DNA of 64,000 nucleotides, from assembly GCA_045657165.1 (NCBI GenBank), contig JAZOSP010000067.1, positions 3,268 to 67,267 of the forward strand. Direction: 5' to 3'. A program made the translations under genes and the position numbers. The notes beneath the pieces are model-generated. The model worked only from the letters and a program-made list of their open reading frames with translations. It made no database searches and was not told the DNA's origin. This DNA is from Eubacteriales bacterium. GTDB taxonomy: Bacteria; Bacillota; Clostridia; Oscillospirales; CAG-272. Below are positions 34,301 through 43,131 of this stretch, piece by piece; within the stretch, counting starts at the first letter, position 1, and each line of letters opens with the position of its first letter.

Positions 34301-37300
34301 GGAACGCTGACCGTGCCCTCCATAGCCGAGGGGCAGAGTACGAGCTCGGTCATATCGGCGGTGTAAAGCACGCCGCCAACGCTCGCATAGTATCCGTCAG
34401 TACCGCTTACGGTAACAGACTTAAGCGCGTCGGTTTCGTTGAATACGCCGCTTGCAAGAGGAGGAATAACCTCACCCGTGTAGCTGGTGTAAGGAGCAAG
34501 CCTTGCGGGAAGCTCGATGGTCTCAAGAAGTCGGCAGGTATCAAATGCACCCTCACCTATCGTGAGCTCGCCCGTGCCGCCATCCTCAAAGATAACGGTG
34601 GTAAGAGAGTCGTAGAGGAAGTAGAATGCATACTTACCGATACCGAGACGGTCGTAGGTAATACCGGTGTCGGGGTCAAGTACGGGGTCAAGGTTGCGAA
34701 CCGACTTCGGGATGGTGATGGATACGAGATTTGCGTACTGGAACGCATAATCGCCTATCGTCGCAAGGCGGCTGTTCGTACCGAAGGATACGGTAAGATT
34801 GCCGGACCAAAGGCTTGAACCTGCATTATAGAAGGAGTACTCGCCTATCTCTACAAGACGCTCGGGAAGCGTCACGGTCTCAAGGTATCTGCACTGATAG
34901 AACACGTGACCGCGGTCGGTCTGCGTGATGGGAACGTCGTTCTGAAGGTAGGTATAGGTGAAGTTAGAGCCGAGAACGAGGTCGTCTGTGCCGCCCTCCT
35001 CAAAGGTAACGGTTTCAAGATATCCGCAGTTAGCGAATGCGTATGCGCCTATCTTGCTTACAGTCTTGGGAATGGTTATCGCCTCAAGATACGAGCAATA
35101 GTAGAAGGCATAGTTACCTATCGTCTCAAGAGTGCTCTCGGGAGCAAAGGCAAATCCACCGTAATAGCTGGGATAATAGCCGAGATAATCGCACTCGAAG
35201 AACGCGTAATCGTCAATAACCTTAACCGACGCGGGAACGGTGAAGGAATAGAGACCGTTGCCCGAGAAGGCATACTTACCGATGTACTCGAGAACAGAGC
35301 CCTCGGCATCTATCTCTACGTCTACGTAGGCGTAGTTATCTTCGCCCTCAGCGAAGCAGTAGTCACCGATGGTCTTAACGGTTGCGGGAATAACGACAGG
35401 ATCCGCGCTCCAAGAGCCGAATTCCGCATCGTAGAACGCATAAGCACCGAGAGTTTCTATACCGCTGTTAAGAACGATACCGTAATAGAACTCGGAGCGT
35501 GCAAACGCATATTCACCGATAGTCTTGGTGTGCTGAGGAAGCTCAATCTCGTAAAATTCAGCGCCCTCAAACGCACTCTTGCCTATGGTAAGAGAATCTG
35601 CGAAGGTCTCGCCAACGAAGTATATATCGTCGATGCTCGTATCTCTAAATGCATCGTCGCCGATAACCTCGATGGTGTTGGGGATATTAATAGTGCTAAG
35701 AGAGGAGTTGCCTCTGAAGACACCGTTCGCAATAACCTTTACGGTTGCGGGAACAGTGTATTCTCCGGTCTTTCCGCCGGGGAAGAAGAGAAGCTCGGTC
35801 TTATCCTTGTTGAAGAGAACGCCATCCTCAGCGGTGAAGTACTCGCTGGCGGGGTCAACAACAACCTCAGTAAGAGAGGTACAGCCGTTGAAGATACCGG
35901 GTATCTCAGAAACGTTTGCAGGGAGCTCTACTCTCGTAAGAGCGGTACAGTTGTTGAACACGTTCTCGCCGAAGGTAAGAGCCTTGTTGCTTGCGTTAAT
36001 GGTTATGGAAGCGAGAGTCGAGCAGCCGCTGAATGCGGAAGCTCCGACGTGGGTTACCGTTGCGGGAAGCTCGAAGCTCGTAAGAGCCGCACAGCCTGCA
36101 AACGCGTTATCCGAAAGGGTAACGAGACGGCTGTTCTTGATTCCTACCTCGGAAAGAGCCGTGCACGCGCTGAATGCGTACTTGCCGATAGTGAGGTCGG
36201 TGAGAGCGCCGCTTGCAAAGCTTACCGACTCGAGGTTTTCAAGGCCGTAGAAGGCAGCCTCGCCAACGAGGGTTACGGTGTTTGGTATAGACACCTCGGT
36301 AAGAGTCTCGCAGGCTGCGAAGGCACCGGGAGCTATCGTCTGAGTTCCTGCGGGAACTGCGAAGCTGCCGTCCTCGGCAGCAATAGCTGCGGGAACGTAA
36401 ACGAGAGTTCTGCCGTCAGCGCTGTAAAGAACACCGTTAACCGACTTGTATGCCGCGTTGCCGGTTGCAACCGTTATAGAAGAGAGAGCGGTGCAGCCTG
36501 CAAATGCGTCCTCAGCGGTATCAAGCTTAACTGCGCCATCTACGATAGCGTACTTCTGAAGCTTAATGCCGGTAAGTCTTGCGGGGAGAGTTATCTTCTC
36601 AAGAGAGGTACAGCCAACGAAGGCTCTGTCGCCAATCGCGAGAGGCTGCTCGCCGCTTGCAGTGCTAAATACAACGGAAAGAAGATTTTGTGCGTTTGCA
36701 AATGCTTCCCTGCCGATTCTGGTTACGCTCGCGGGGATAACGACCTTGGTTATCGAGGAGCCTGCAAATGCATTTTCGGGAATTTCAGTAATTCCCTCGG
36801 GAATGTTATAGGTGCCCGTCTTTGCCGTGGGCATGAAGAAGAGCCGCGGCTGTGCCGTCTGTGCGGTGCCGTTATCGAAGAGCACGCCGTCCTGTGACCA
36901 GAAGCGAGCGCTCACGCCGTCAACCGCGTATACGTTGATTGCCTCAAGAGCCGTGCAACCGGCGAAGGGAGAAATCTGAGAGATCTGCTCAATAGTAGCG
37001 GGAAGGTTGATAGTCTTAAGGTTCGTGCAGTTATAGAATGCATTACCTGCTATCATAGCTACGGGAAGGCCCTTGTAGGTTGCGGGAATATTTACCTCTG
37101 TTACGAGAGATATTCTGTCACCTGCGGAAACCATATAAGCGTCCTTGCCGTTTACCTTGGTCAAGGTGAACGAAAGCGAGGGATCTGCCCAGAAGGCGTA
37201 CATTTTTCCGCCGCCGATGGTGTCCCAAGGAGCAAGGCTGTTACCGTCCTGGTCGGTGTACTGAATACCCATACCGTAGGGTGCGCTGAACCAACCGCCG

Positions 37301-39450
37301 AAGGCTATCGTTGCGTCGTTTGCGGTGGGAACCTCAAGCTGGTAGTGTCCGTTATAGGGAACCTTACCGACAAGAGCCGTGCCCGTGCCGCCGTTGCCGT
37401 ACTCGTAGGTTATCTCATACTCGTTTGCTATGTAGCTTGCGTAGAGAACCATCGAGCCCGAGCCGGTGAAGAACTCATCGGTGTAAGCCTTACCGTTGCT
37501 CTCTGCGCCGCCGGGTACGTTGTACCAATCAACGAAGGTGTAGCCGGGCTTTACAGCGGTGGGAAGGTCCATCCTGTCGCCTACAGCCTTATACACAACG
37601 ATTATCTCGCTGCCGCCCAGAGTATCGAAGGTTACTGCGTGAGCATATACCTCGCAGGATACCCACTCGGAGCGAATCTTGCCGTCAGCAAAGCGAACCT
37701 TAACGGTGTTGAGACCCGCCTTGGTAAGAGCAACTCTTGCCGAGTTAACGTTGCCTGCAACGGTGATGATATCGCCGTCGTTTACCTGAATCTCGAAGTT
37801 AGCTACGCCGATAACGGGAGCCCACGTGAGAGTACTCTCGGAGTAGTTCACAAGGTTGCCCATAGCGTAGTAGCGCGCGCTTACGGTATCAGTCCAAGCA
37901 GAGGAGTTGCTGCCGTCGACCGCGCGAACGGTGATACGGTACTCGGTGCCCTCAACGTAGTTAAGGAGAGAAGCCATATCGAAGCTATCGGTCATAACCT
38001 CGTAGGTTTCATTATTAATCTTAATTTCGTACTTATCAGCCGCTTCAACCTCGCCCCAGCTGATAACCGTTCCGTTAACAGTGAGTCCTGTGGGAGTCTG
38101 AAGTGCCGTCTTTTCGTAAGCGAATTCGCTGGCTGCGGGAGAAATATATCCGTCGGTTACGGGATATACCTTTACAACAATACCGCCTGCGAGAGGAGCA
38201 CACTCCTTGAGGCTTACGAAGTTTGCGGTTCCGTTATTAACGAAGCCGTGGTTGTGGCTCTCGTCGCCGCACTTAACGGATACCATATAACGCTCTGCGT
38301 TTGCTACCTCATTCCAGATTACGGACTGAGTTGCCTCGTCAAAGCGAAGTCCCTCGACCGCGCTAAGCTCTCTCTTATAGACAAACTCGTCAGAGGTAGA
38401 GGAAGCGAAGCCGGTAGCGGTAGCCGTTACGGTGACCTTAATACCGTCAGCGGTCATCGGACAGTTGCTTATGTTGAAGAATCTGTTCGAGCCGTTATCG
38501 AAGCTCGTGTGGTTGTGGTCGGGGTTACCGCAGACAACGGTAACGTAGTACTTCTCTGCATTTTCAACGGTGTTGAAGATGAGCATAGTACCGCCGTCAA
38601 CCTTGAAGCCGTCTACCTTCGCAAGAGCATTGTGATTGTAGGTGACCTCAACCGAGGAGTTATCCTGCTCGCCGGAATTGGCTACTGCAGTTACTCTTAC
38701 GGTGTAGATTGCAGCCTCAAGCTGCTCAAAGGAAATCTCGTGCAGGTTAGCGCTCGTGCTCTGCTCGTAAACTACCTCTCCGTCGGGAGCTATGATAGAA
38801 ACTACGTAGGACCTTGCGCCTGCTATTGAATTCCAACTGACGAGAGTAGAGGTTACCTCTACTACGGGGTCGGGAAGCTGGGTATCAACAGCAATCTTTT
38901 CCCACTTTGCATACGCAGTTACGTTAGCGGAAATGGGAGCGCTGAAATTGAATACCTCGCTGTACTGTGCATCGGCATACCAACCGATGAAGTCGTAGCC
39001 CGTACGCGTGGGAGCTGTGGGCTCCGTAGCGAGCTTACCGTTAACAACGGTCTGGTTGTCAACTGCGCTGCCGCCGTTTTCCTCAAAGGAAACGGTGTAG
39101 TTGATTTTCTTGAGCAAGCGCATATTTGCGCCGTCATACTCAAGGGTAATGACAGTGTCGGCGTACGTAGCCGAGACGTTTTCCTTACCCTCGGCGTTGA
39201 AATCAAGAACAAGTAAGCCGTCTGTCAACGTGTAGGAGCCGGATTCGGTGCTGTTACCGTCAACAACGGTAAACGTATTTCCCGTGCTGAGTATAAGCGA
39301 GAACTCATCGTCCCCATCAGCATAGGAATAAACACCTATTTCCGGGAACTCCGGAGCGGGACCGGGATCATTACAGCTGACTGCCATGATGCTAAAGAGA
39401 GCAAGCACCATTATCAGCAGAGCTGAAATGATTTTTCTTTTCGTGTTCAT
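31384..39450 (-). CDS. Giant BspA-type LRR surface lipoprotein, 2688 aa
   Basis: ORF track. Lipobox IMAVSC with an AAGGAGG RBS. The N-terminus carries Listeria/Bacteroides repeats (GYDFIGWYAD) and several Fn3/Ig-like modules. About 1500 aa of LRR_5 repeats follow. The C-terminus has a further B-repeat and a PPC-like beta domain. Confidence 0.9.
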   Translation of the reverse strand: MNTKRKIISALLIMVLALFSIMAVSCNDPGPAPEFPEIGVYSYADGDDEFSLILSTGNTFTVVDGNSTESGSYTLTDGLLVLDFNAEGKENVSATYADTVITLEYDGANMRLLKKINYTVSFEENGGSAVDNQTVVNGKLATEPTAPTRTGYDFIGWYADAQYSEVFNFSAPISANVTAYAKWEKIAVDTQLPDPVVEVTSTLVSWNSIAGARSYVVSIIAPDGEVVYEQSTSANLHEISFEQLEAAIYTVRVTAVANSGEQDNSSVEVTYNHNALAKVDGFKVDGGTMLIFNTVENAEKYYVTVVCGNPDHNHTSFDNGSNRFFNISNCPMTADGIKVTVTATATGFASSTSDEFVYKRELSAVEGLRFDEATQSVIWNEVANAERYMVSVKCGDESHNHGFVNNGTANFVSLKECAPLAGGIVVKVYPVTDGYISPAASEFAYEKTALQTPTGLTVNGTVISWGEVEAADKYEIKINNETYEVMTDSFDMASLLNYVEGTEYRITVRAVDGSNSSAWTDTVSARYYAMGNLVNYSESTLTWAPVIGVANFEIQVNDGDIITVAGNVNSARVALTKAGLNTVKVRFADGKIRSEWVSCEVYAHAVTFDTLGGSEIIVVYKAVGDRMDLPTAVKPGYTFVDWYNVPGGAESNGKAYTDEFFTGSGSMVLYASYIANEYEITYEYGNGGTGTALVGKVPYNGHYQLEVPTANDATIAFGGWFSAPYGMGIQYTDQDGNSLAPWDTIGGGKMYAFWADPSLSFTLTKVNGKDAYMVSAGDRISLVTEVNIPATYKGLPVAMIAGNAFYNCTNLKTINLPATIEQISQISPFAGCTALEAINVYAVDGVSARFWSQDGVLFDNGTAQTAQPRLFFMPTAKTGTYNIPEGITEIPENAFAGSSITKVVIPASVTRIGREAFANAQNLLSVVFSTASGEQPLAIGDRAFVGCTSLEKITLPARLTGIKLQKYAIVDGAVKLDTAEDAFAGCTALSSITVATGNAAYKSVNGVLYSADGRTLVYVPAAIAAEDGSFAVPAGTQTIAPGAFAACETLTEVSIPNTVTLVGEAAFYGLENLESVSFASGALTDLTIGKYAFSACTALSEVGIKNSRLVTLSDNAFAGCAALTSFELPATVTHVGASAFSGCSTLASITINASNKALTFGENVFNNCTALTRVELPANVSEIPGIFNGCTSLTEVVVDPASEYFTAEDGVLFNKDKTELLFFPGGKTGEYTVPATVKVIANGVFRGNSSLSTINIPNTIEVIGDDAFRDTSIDDIYFVGETFADSLTIGKSAFEGAEFYEIELPQHTKTIGEYAFARSEFYYGIVLNSGIETLGAYAFYDAEFGSWSADPVVIPATVKTIGDYCFAEGEDNYAYVDVEIDAEGSVLEYIGKYAFSGNGLYSFTVPASVKVIDDYAFFECDYLGYYPSYYGGFAFAPESTLETIGNYAFYYCSYLEAITIPKTVSKIGAYAFANCGYLETVTFEEGGTDDLVLGSNFTYTYLQNDVPITQTDRGHVFYQCRYLETVTLPERLVEIGEYSFYNAGSSLWSGNLTVSFGTNSRLATIGDYAFQYANLVSITIPKSVRNLDPVLDPDTGITYDRLGIGKYAFYFLYDSLTTVIFEDGGTGELTIGEGAFDTCRLLETIELPARLAPYTSYTGEVIPPLASGVFNETDALKSVTVSGTDGYYASVGGVLYTADMTELVLCPSAMEGTVSVPATVTKIHDRAFYGCAALEAVTFVGGENDMTIGDEAFAECDTIIEMTLPNNLKTLGKNVFSGCSELAILSLPAGLVGFDSSVVNNCPNLSTINIGSGTDAGFILVGGVMFSADGTKLIYYPATLDATSYTVPDGVKYIADGAFKGNTELVSVTLPEGLLEIGKAAFQGCTYLESVNVPGSVILIDNEAFSGCSRLSTVTLDDSDNALVIGNKVFYNNSALTGIELPARLAEIGEQAFYNSALAEIEFAENINLAAIGEMAFYSTDLVSVTLPDGIVSIGSAAFYGCYSLESVTFGEGLLSLGDKTFTDCDSLVEVHFPASLRTIGKNTFSNNSNRDGSGCANLKIVTFAPGSRLEAIPEGTFAYTGIETITIPASVKELADKDLEDSYSFGAFKCCESLTTVIFEDGTACTKIGNFTFYQCTALDDFVIPSSVITIGESAFEECTSLSSILIPAATTQLGFEAFRSCSSLATVVLNTRATELPGYMFAYCYALETVTIPATVSTIGSNCFDGCVSAFEVERGSSHFAAVDGVLYTADMTGFVLYPANKTDSVITIPKEITVIPEGLFSGNDYLRKVIFEAGDTDPLVIEDEAFRGCDNLYEVVLPNRLTYIGEYAFMYCYQLHTVNLPRDLKEIGYDAFYGCYKLVEVYNESSLSITLDDYGDYGYVVSYALNLYTPTEGATILTTDGDFVLFDYEGDTYLLAYIGDDTAITIPEGVDGFYDSAFAGNTTLENVIIPAGVGEVYMGDDVFEDCENLTILVESATVSWSSGWNCDCAFILGWDGEEHTYVFESNGGTVYDDITTSMTITLPTPERTDMYFVGWYDNAEFEGAALSGSYYSATKTTLYAKWLTEAEWIEEQMRGKSMDFAFEGVSGGQYVGVVETEGGQVYLVVTVDAGEVWNITTKHIEGPSRDHAIWIYDEDQNVIKNKYDGGGYEENYNYTFTEAGTYYIGVGYWSSYQTGTIEVTLTKVS

Positions 39451-39505
39451 GCTGAACCTCCTTATTTATTGTCTTTTTCAAGACGAATTAACTAAAAATG
39501 TCTTG

Positions 39506-39552
39506 GCGTAACGCTATGTGTTACGCTGTGCCGAGGGCATATCTGCCTCGGC
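39506..39552 (-). promoter_or_regulatory. Two adjacent stem-loops between the Opp-unit end and the giant LRR gene (weak terminator or attenuator)
   Basis: GCGTAAC...GTTACGC (39506-39526) and GCCGAGG...CCTCGGC (39530-39552) form two stems. On the minus strand a TTTTT run follows only after an 8-nt gap. Confidence 0.3.
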
Positions 39553-39566
39553 GGGGTCTTTGCTTA

Positions 39567-39857
39567 TCAGATAAGAAGAAGATACATCAGCAAAGCGGCA
39601 ATGCCGAACGCGCCGACAACCATGAGAAGCATAGGACCGTACACGCAAAACGCCGCTTTTATCATAGCCGCGCGCTCCTTGCCCGTAATAGCGGGCATGC
39701 TTCTTCTTTTTTTGTCGAGCTCCTCTTTTTCCTCGGGTGTTTTACCCTCAAGGGCTGCCATTGAATATACGGTCTCGCCCCTGTCCTCAAGATAAACTGT
39801 CTTTGGTTTCTTCTTTTTCTTCACGCCATGCTCCTTCCGCACACATATGGCAGGCAA
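39567..39857 (-). CDS. Small hypothetical membrane protein; start uncertain
   Basis: ORF track. The C-terminal TM helix reads VYGPMLLMVVGAFGIAALLMYLLLI. ATG 39857 lies inside the upstream ATPase gene, and the internal ATG 39761 (MAALEGK...) is an alternative start. Confidence 0.35.
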   Translation of the reverse strand: MPAICVRKEHGVKKKKKPKTVYLEDRGETVYSMAALEGKTPEEKEELDKKRRSMPAITGKERAAMIKAAFCVYGPMLLMVVGAFGIAALLMYLLLI

Positions 39858-40863
39858 CGAAATGTCCGTCGCTTACCTCCGTCATTGGCGGAGCCTCGTC
39901 ACGGCATTTGTCCGTGCAGTACTTACATCTGGTATGGAACTTACAGCCCTTAGGCGGATTTGCGGGGCTTGGAAGCTCGCCCTCGAGAGCGACAGGCTCT
40001 GACTTTTTGTGAGGATTTGCAACCGGAACTGCGGAGAAGAGCGCCTGTGTGTAAGGGTGCTTTGCACTCTTGCATATATCTGCGGTAGAGCCCATCTCAA
40101 CTATGTTTCCAAGATACATAACCGCGATATTATCGGAAATGTACTTTACGACCGACAGGTCGTGCGAGATGAAGAGATAAGACATTCCCTCCTCGCGCTG
40201 AAGCTTCTTAAGCAGATTTATTATCTGTGCCTGAATGGATACGTCAAGCGCAGATACGGGCTCGTCGCACACAACGAGCTTCGGCTTTACTGCGAGCGCT
40301 CGCGCGATACATATTCTCTGGCGCTGACCGCCCGAGAATTCGTGAGGATAGCGGTCGTAGTAGTGCTCCTGCAAACCGCACCTCTTCATTACTGTACGAA
40401 CGTAATCCCTAACCTCGCCTGACGGAACTATGTTATGTACTCTGACCGCTTCGCTGATTATCTCGCCGACGGTCATTCTCGGCGGCAGCGAGGAATAGGG
40501 GTCTTGGAATATGAGCTGAAGCTCAGTGCGAAGGTCGCGAAGCTCTCTTTTCGAGATTTTCGCAAGGTCGCGGCTCGTGCGATTTCCCTCTCCGTTATCC
40601 GACGTGTAGACGGCTTTGCCGTCGGTAAAATCGTAAAGACGGAGTATGGTTCTTCCGAGTGTGGTCTTTCCGCAGCCCGACTCGCCTACTATACCGAGCG
40701 TTTTTCCGCGCTCAAGCTTAAAGGATACGCCGTCAACCGCGCGAAGATACGCGAGCGCCTTTCCCATAAAGTTTTTCTTCACGGGGAAGTACTGCTTGAG
40801 TCCGTCAACCTCGAGTATGTAATCCTTTTCTTGCTTATTCGGGGTGATATTATTCTCTTTCAT
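39787..40863 (-). CDS. Oligopeptide/dipeptide ABC transporter ATP-binding protein (OppF-like), 358 aa
   Basis: ORF track. Walker [10 protein letters not shown], signature FSGGQRQR, Walker [13 protein letters not shown], and the C-terminal oligopeptide-type Cys-rich extension. Confidence 0.9.
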   Translation of the reverse strand: MKENNITPNKQEKDYILEVDGLKQYFPVKKNFMGKALAYLRAVDGVSFKLERGKTLGIVGESGCGKTTLGRTILRLYDFTDGKAVYTSDNGEGNRTSRDLAKISKRELRDLRTELQLIFQDPYSSLPPRMTVGEIISEAVRVHNIVPSGEVRDYVRTVMKRCGLQEHYYDRYPHEFSGGQRQRICIARALAVKPKLVVCDEPVSALDVSIQAQIINLLKKLQREEGMSYLFISHDLSVVKYISDNIAVMYLGNIVEMGSTADICKSAKHPYTQALFSAVPVANPHKKSEPVALEGELPSPANPPKGCKFHTRCKYCTDKCRDEAPPMTEVSDGHFVACHMCAEGAWREEKEETKDSLS

Positions 40864-42041
40864 TACGAATCTCCCCTCTCCTCGTCATACAGGTGACAGA
40901 ACACGCTGTGCGTCTCGGTGATTTTTATCTCCTTCGGGTAGGTGCCTGCGCATTTACCGCATTTTCTGTCACACCTGCCCTTGAAAAGACATTCATCGGG
41001 AATGTTTATCGGGTTAGGAACGTTACCGGGTATGCTGTAAAGCTCCTCCGTAGCGTCCGAGGCAAGCGAAGGCTTTGCCTTCTGTATGCCTATAGTGTAG
41101 GGATGCATGGGATTGTCGAAAATTTCGTACACCGTTCCCTTTTCGACTATCTTGCCCGCATACATTACGACCACGTAATCCGCCATCTCCGCAACGACAC
41201 CGAGGTCGTGGGTGATAAGCATTACCGAGGCTCCGCACTCCTTTTGCACCTTACCGAGTAGCTTGAGTATCTGGCTCTGTATGGTTACATCGAGCGCCGT
41301 GGTGGGCTCGTCGGCAATGATGAGCTTGGGATTGCCCGTAAGAGCAATAGCTATCATTACTCTCTGTCTCATACCGCCCGAGAGCTGGTGAGGATAGTAA
41401 TTTACAATAGTTTCAGGCATAGGAATGCCAACCATAGTTAGCATATCGATGGCTTTTTTATGTGCTTCCTCTTTAGTAGCTTCGGGATTGTGGAGATAGA
41501 AAACCTCCTCAATCTGATAGCCTACGGTAAAGACGGGGTTAAGGCTCGTCATAGGCTCTTGGAATATCATAGATATGTCCTTACCTCTTATGCGGCACAT
41601 ATCAAGGGTCGGCATTTTCGTAATGTCGTAGCAAAGCTTTTCGCCCTTGTCATTTGTGCCGAGCTCGTCGGAATTGAAGCGTATCTCGCCTCCAACAACC
41701 TGACCCTGAGGAGCCTGGACGAGCTGCATTATGGAAAGGCTTGTTACGCTCTTACCGCAGCCCGACTCGCCAACGAGTCCTATGACCGAATCCTTCGGTA
41801 CGTCGAAGGATATTTTATTTACAGAACGGACGACTCCGTTATCGGTGAAGAAGCAGGTCTCGAGATTCTCTATCTCAAGGATATTGTCGGGAGACTTCAT
41901 AACCGTCGTAAACTGCTCGACGGTCAGCTTCTCGCGCTTCTTCTTCTCAAGCCGCTTCATCTCGCGCAAATTGCTCTTGATTATCTCGCGGCTTTCCTTT
42001 AATGTCATTATGTTCGGATTCTTGGGGTGCTTACTCATCAT
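40863..42041 (-). CDS. Oligopeptide/dipeptide ABC transporter ATP-binding protein (OppD-like), ~392 aa
   Basis: ORF track frame 40863..42047 starts on GTG. I prefer ATG 42041, which follows a GAGGAGG RBS. Walker A GESGCGKSV, signature LSGGMRQR, Walker B IIADEPTTALD. Confidence 0.9.
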   Translation of the reverse strand: MMSKHPKNPNIMTLKESREIIKSNLREMKRLEKKKREKLTVEQFTTVMKSPDNILEIENLETCFFTDNGVVRSVNKISFDVPKDSVIGLVGESGCGKSVTSLSIMQLVQAPQGQVVGGEIRFNSDELGTNDKGEKLCYDITKMPTLDMCRIRGKDISMIFQEPMTSLNPVFTVGYQIEEVFYLHNPEATKEEAHKKAIDMLTMVGIPMPETIVNYYPHQLSGGMRQRVMIAIALTGNPKLIIADEPTTALDVTIQSQILKLLGKVQKECGASVMLITHDLGVVAEMADYVVVMYAGKIVEKGTVYEIFDNPMHPYTIGIQKAKPSLASDATEELYSIPGNVPNPINIPDECLFKGRCDRKCGKCAGTYPKEIKITETHSVFCHLYDEERGDS

Positions 42042-42043
42042 TC

Positions 42044-43105
42044 TCACCTCCTCGATTTGGGGTCCATAGCGTCGCGCAGACCGTCGCCTATGAAGTTAAA
42101 GGCGAGAACCGCAATAACGATAAGGATACCTGCAGGCACCCAAAGCGTGGGATAGGATGCCATTGTTACGGGATCTGTTGACGAGGATATCATAGTTCCC
42201 CAAGCGGCGTACGGAAGCGGAATACCGAGTCCGAGATAGCTGAGCGTTGACTCGTAAAGAATTATGCTTCCGAGACCGAGTGTCATCGATACGATAAGCT
42301 GAGGCATGATATTCGGAACGAGGTGCTTGAAAATTCTTCTCCATACGGGAATACCCATAACCTCGCAGGCAACGATGAATTCCTGCTCTCTGAGGTAGAG
42401 TATCTGTCCTCTTACCATACGGGCAGTGCCGCTCCAGCCGAATATCGTGAGTATCGCCATCAGATAATATATTCGCATTCCCGCCTCTATTTCCCACGAG
42501 TCAATGACGACCGAGGCGATAAGGAGAATCGGGAGTGTGGGAATACAGTTGAGTATATCGACTATTCTCATTATGAGCTGGTCAACCTTTCCGCCGAAAT
42601 AGCCGGATATGCCGCCCATAATAATTCCTATAAGTGTTTCAAGAATAACGACTACAAAGCCGAGCGTAAGAGAAACTCTTCCGCCGTACATAAGTCTTAC
42701 GAGAACGTCCATTCCCTTCTCATCGGTTCCGAGAGGGTGAGAGGGAGACATGGGAGCGTAGGAATTTACTCCAACCTGCTCCTCGACGAACTGAATTATC
42801 TCGTAAACGTTGCCCGAGGCGTCGGTCGTGGTTATGCCCTCAAGCGTTATTGTGGCACGCTTGACTGTCGGGGTGTGGTCGGTTTCGGTTTCCTCCCACT
42901 GGTAGCCAAACATATGCATAACGGGAGGACCGGCGAAGGCAAACACGAAGAGTGCCAGGAGCATTACAACACCGACGAGCGAAAGGTGGGAACGGAAGAA
43001 TCTTCTCGCAACCATCATCGCCGGCGACAGCTCCTTATAGTGAACCTCCTCTACCTCTTCGGATACAGTAGCGGGGGTTATTTTATTGTCCATTGTTTCG
43101 TCCAT
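42044..43105 (-). CDS. ABC peptide transporter permease (OppC-like), ~353 aa
   Basis: ORF track frame 42044..43117 starts on TTG. I prefer ATG 43105, which follows a GGAGA RBS. It has multiple TM helices and a binding-protein-dependent permease core. Confidence 0.85.
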   Translation of the reverse strand: MDETMDNKITPATVSEEVEEVHYKELSPAMMVARRFFRSHLSLVGVVMLLALFVFAFAGPPVMHMFGYQWEETETDHTPTVKRATITLEGITTTDASGNVYEIIQFVEEQVGVNSYAPMSPSHPLGTDEKGMDVLVRLMYGGRVSLTLGFVVVILETLIGIIMGGISGYFGGKVDQLIMRIVDILNCIPTLPILLIASVVIDSWEIEAGMRIYYLMAILTIFGWSGTARMVRGQILYLREQEFIVACEVMGIPVWRRIFKHLVPNIMPQLIVSMTLGLGSIILYESTLSYLGLGIPLPYAAWGTMISSSTDPVTMASYPTLWVPAGILIVIAVLAFNFIGDGLRDAMDPKSRR

Positions 43106-43131
43106 AAAAATCTCCAATCGCTAAGATCCGC

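Noticed and set aside
31423-38829. Long plus-strand ORFs antisense to the 2688-aa gene (31423-33249, 608 aa; 33355-34149; 34279-34818; 34906-36897, 663 aa; 37345-38829, 494 aa)
   Set aside because: They lie wholly inside a well-supported minus-strand gene. Their products are low-complexity, rich in R, A, G, V, N and C. They have no RBS and no recognisable domains. They are typical shadow ORFs of a GC-biased repetitive gene.
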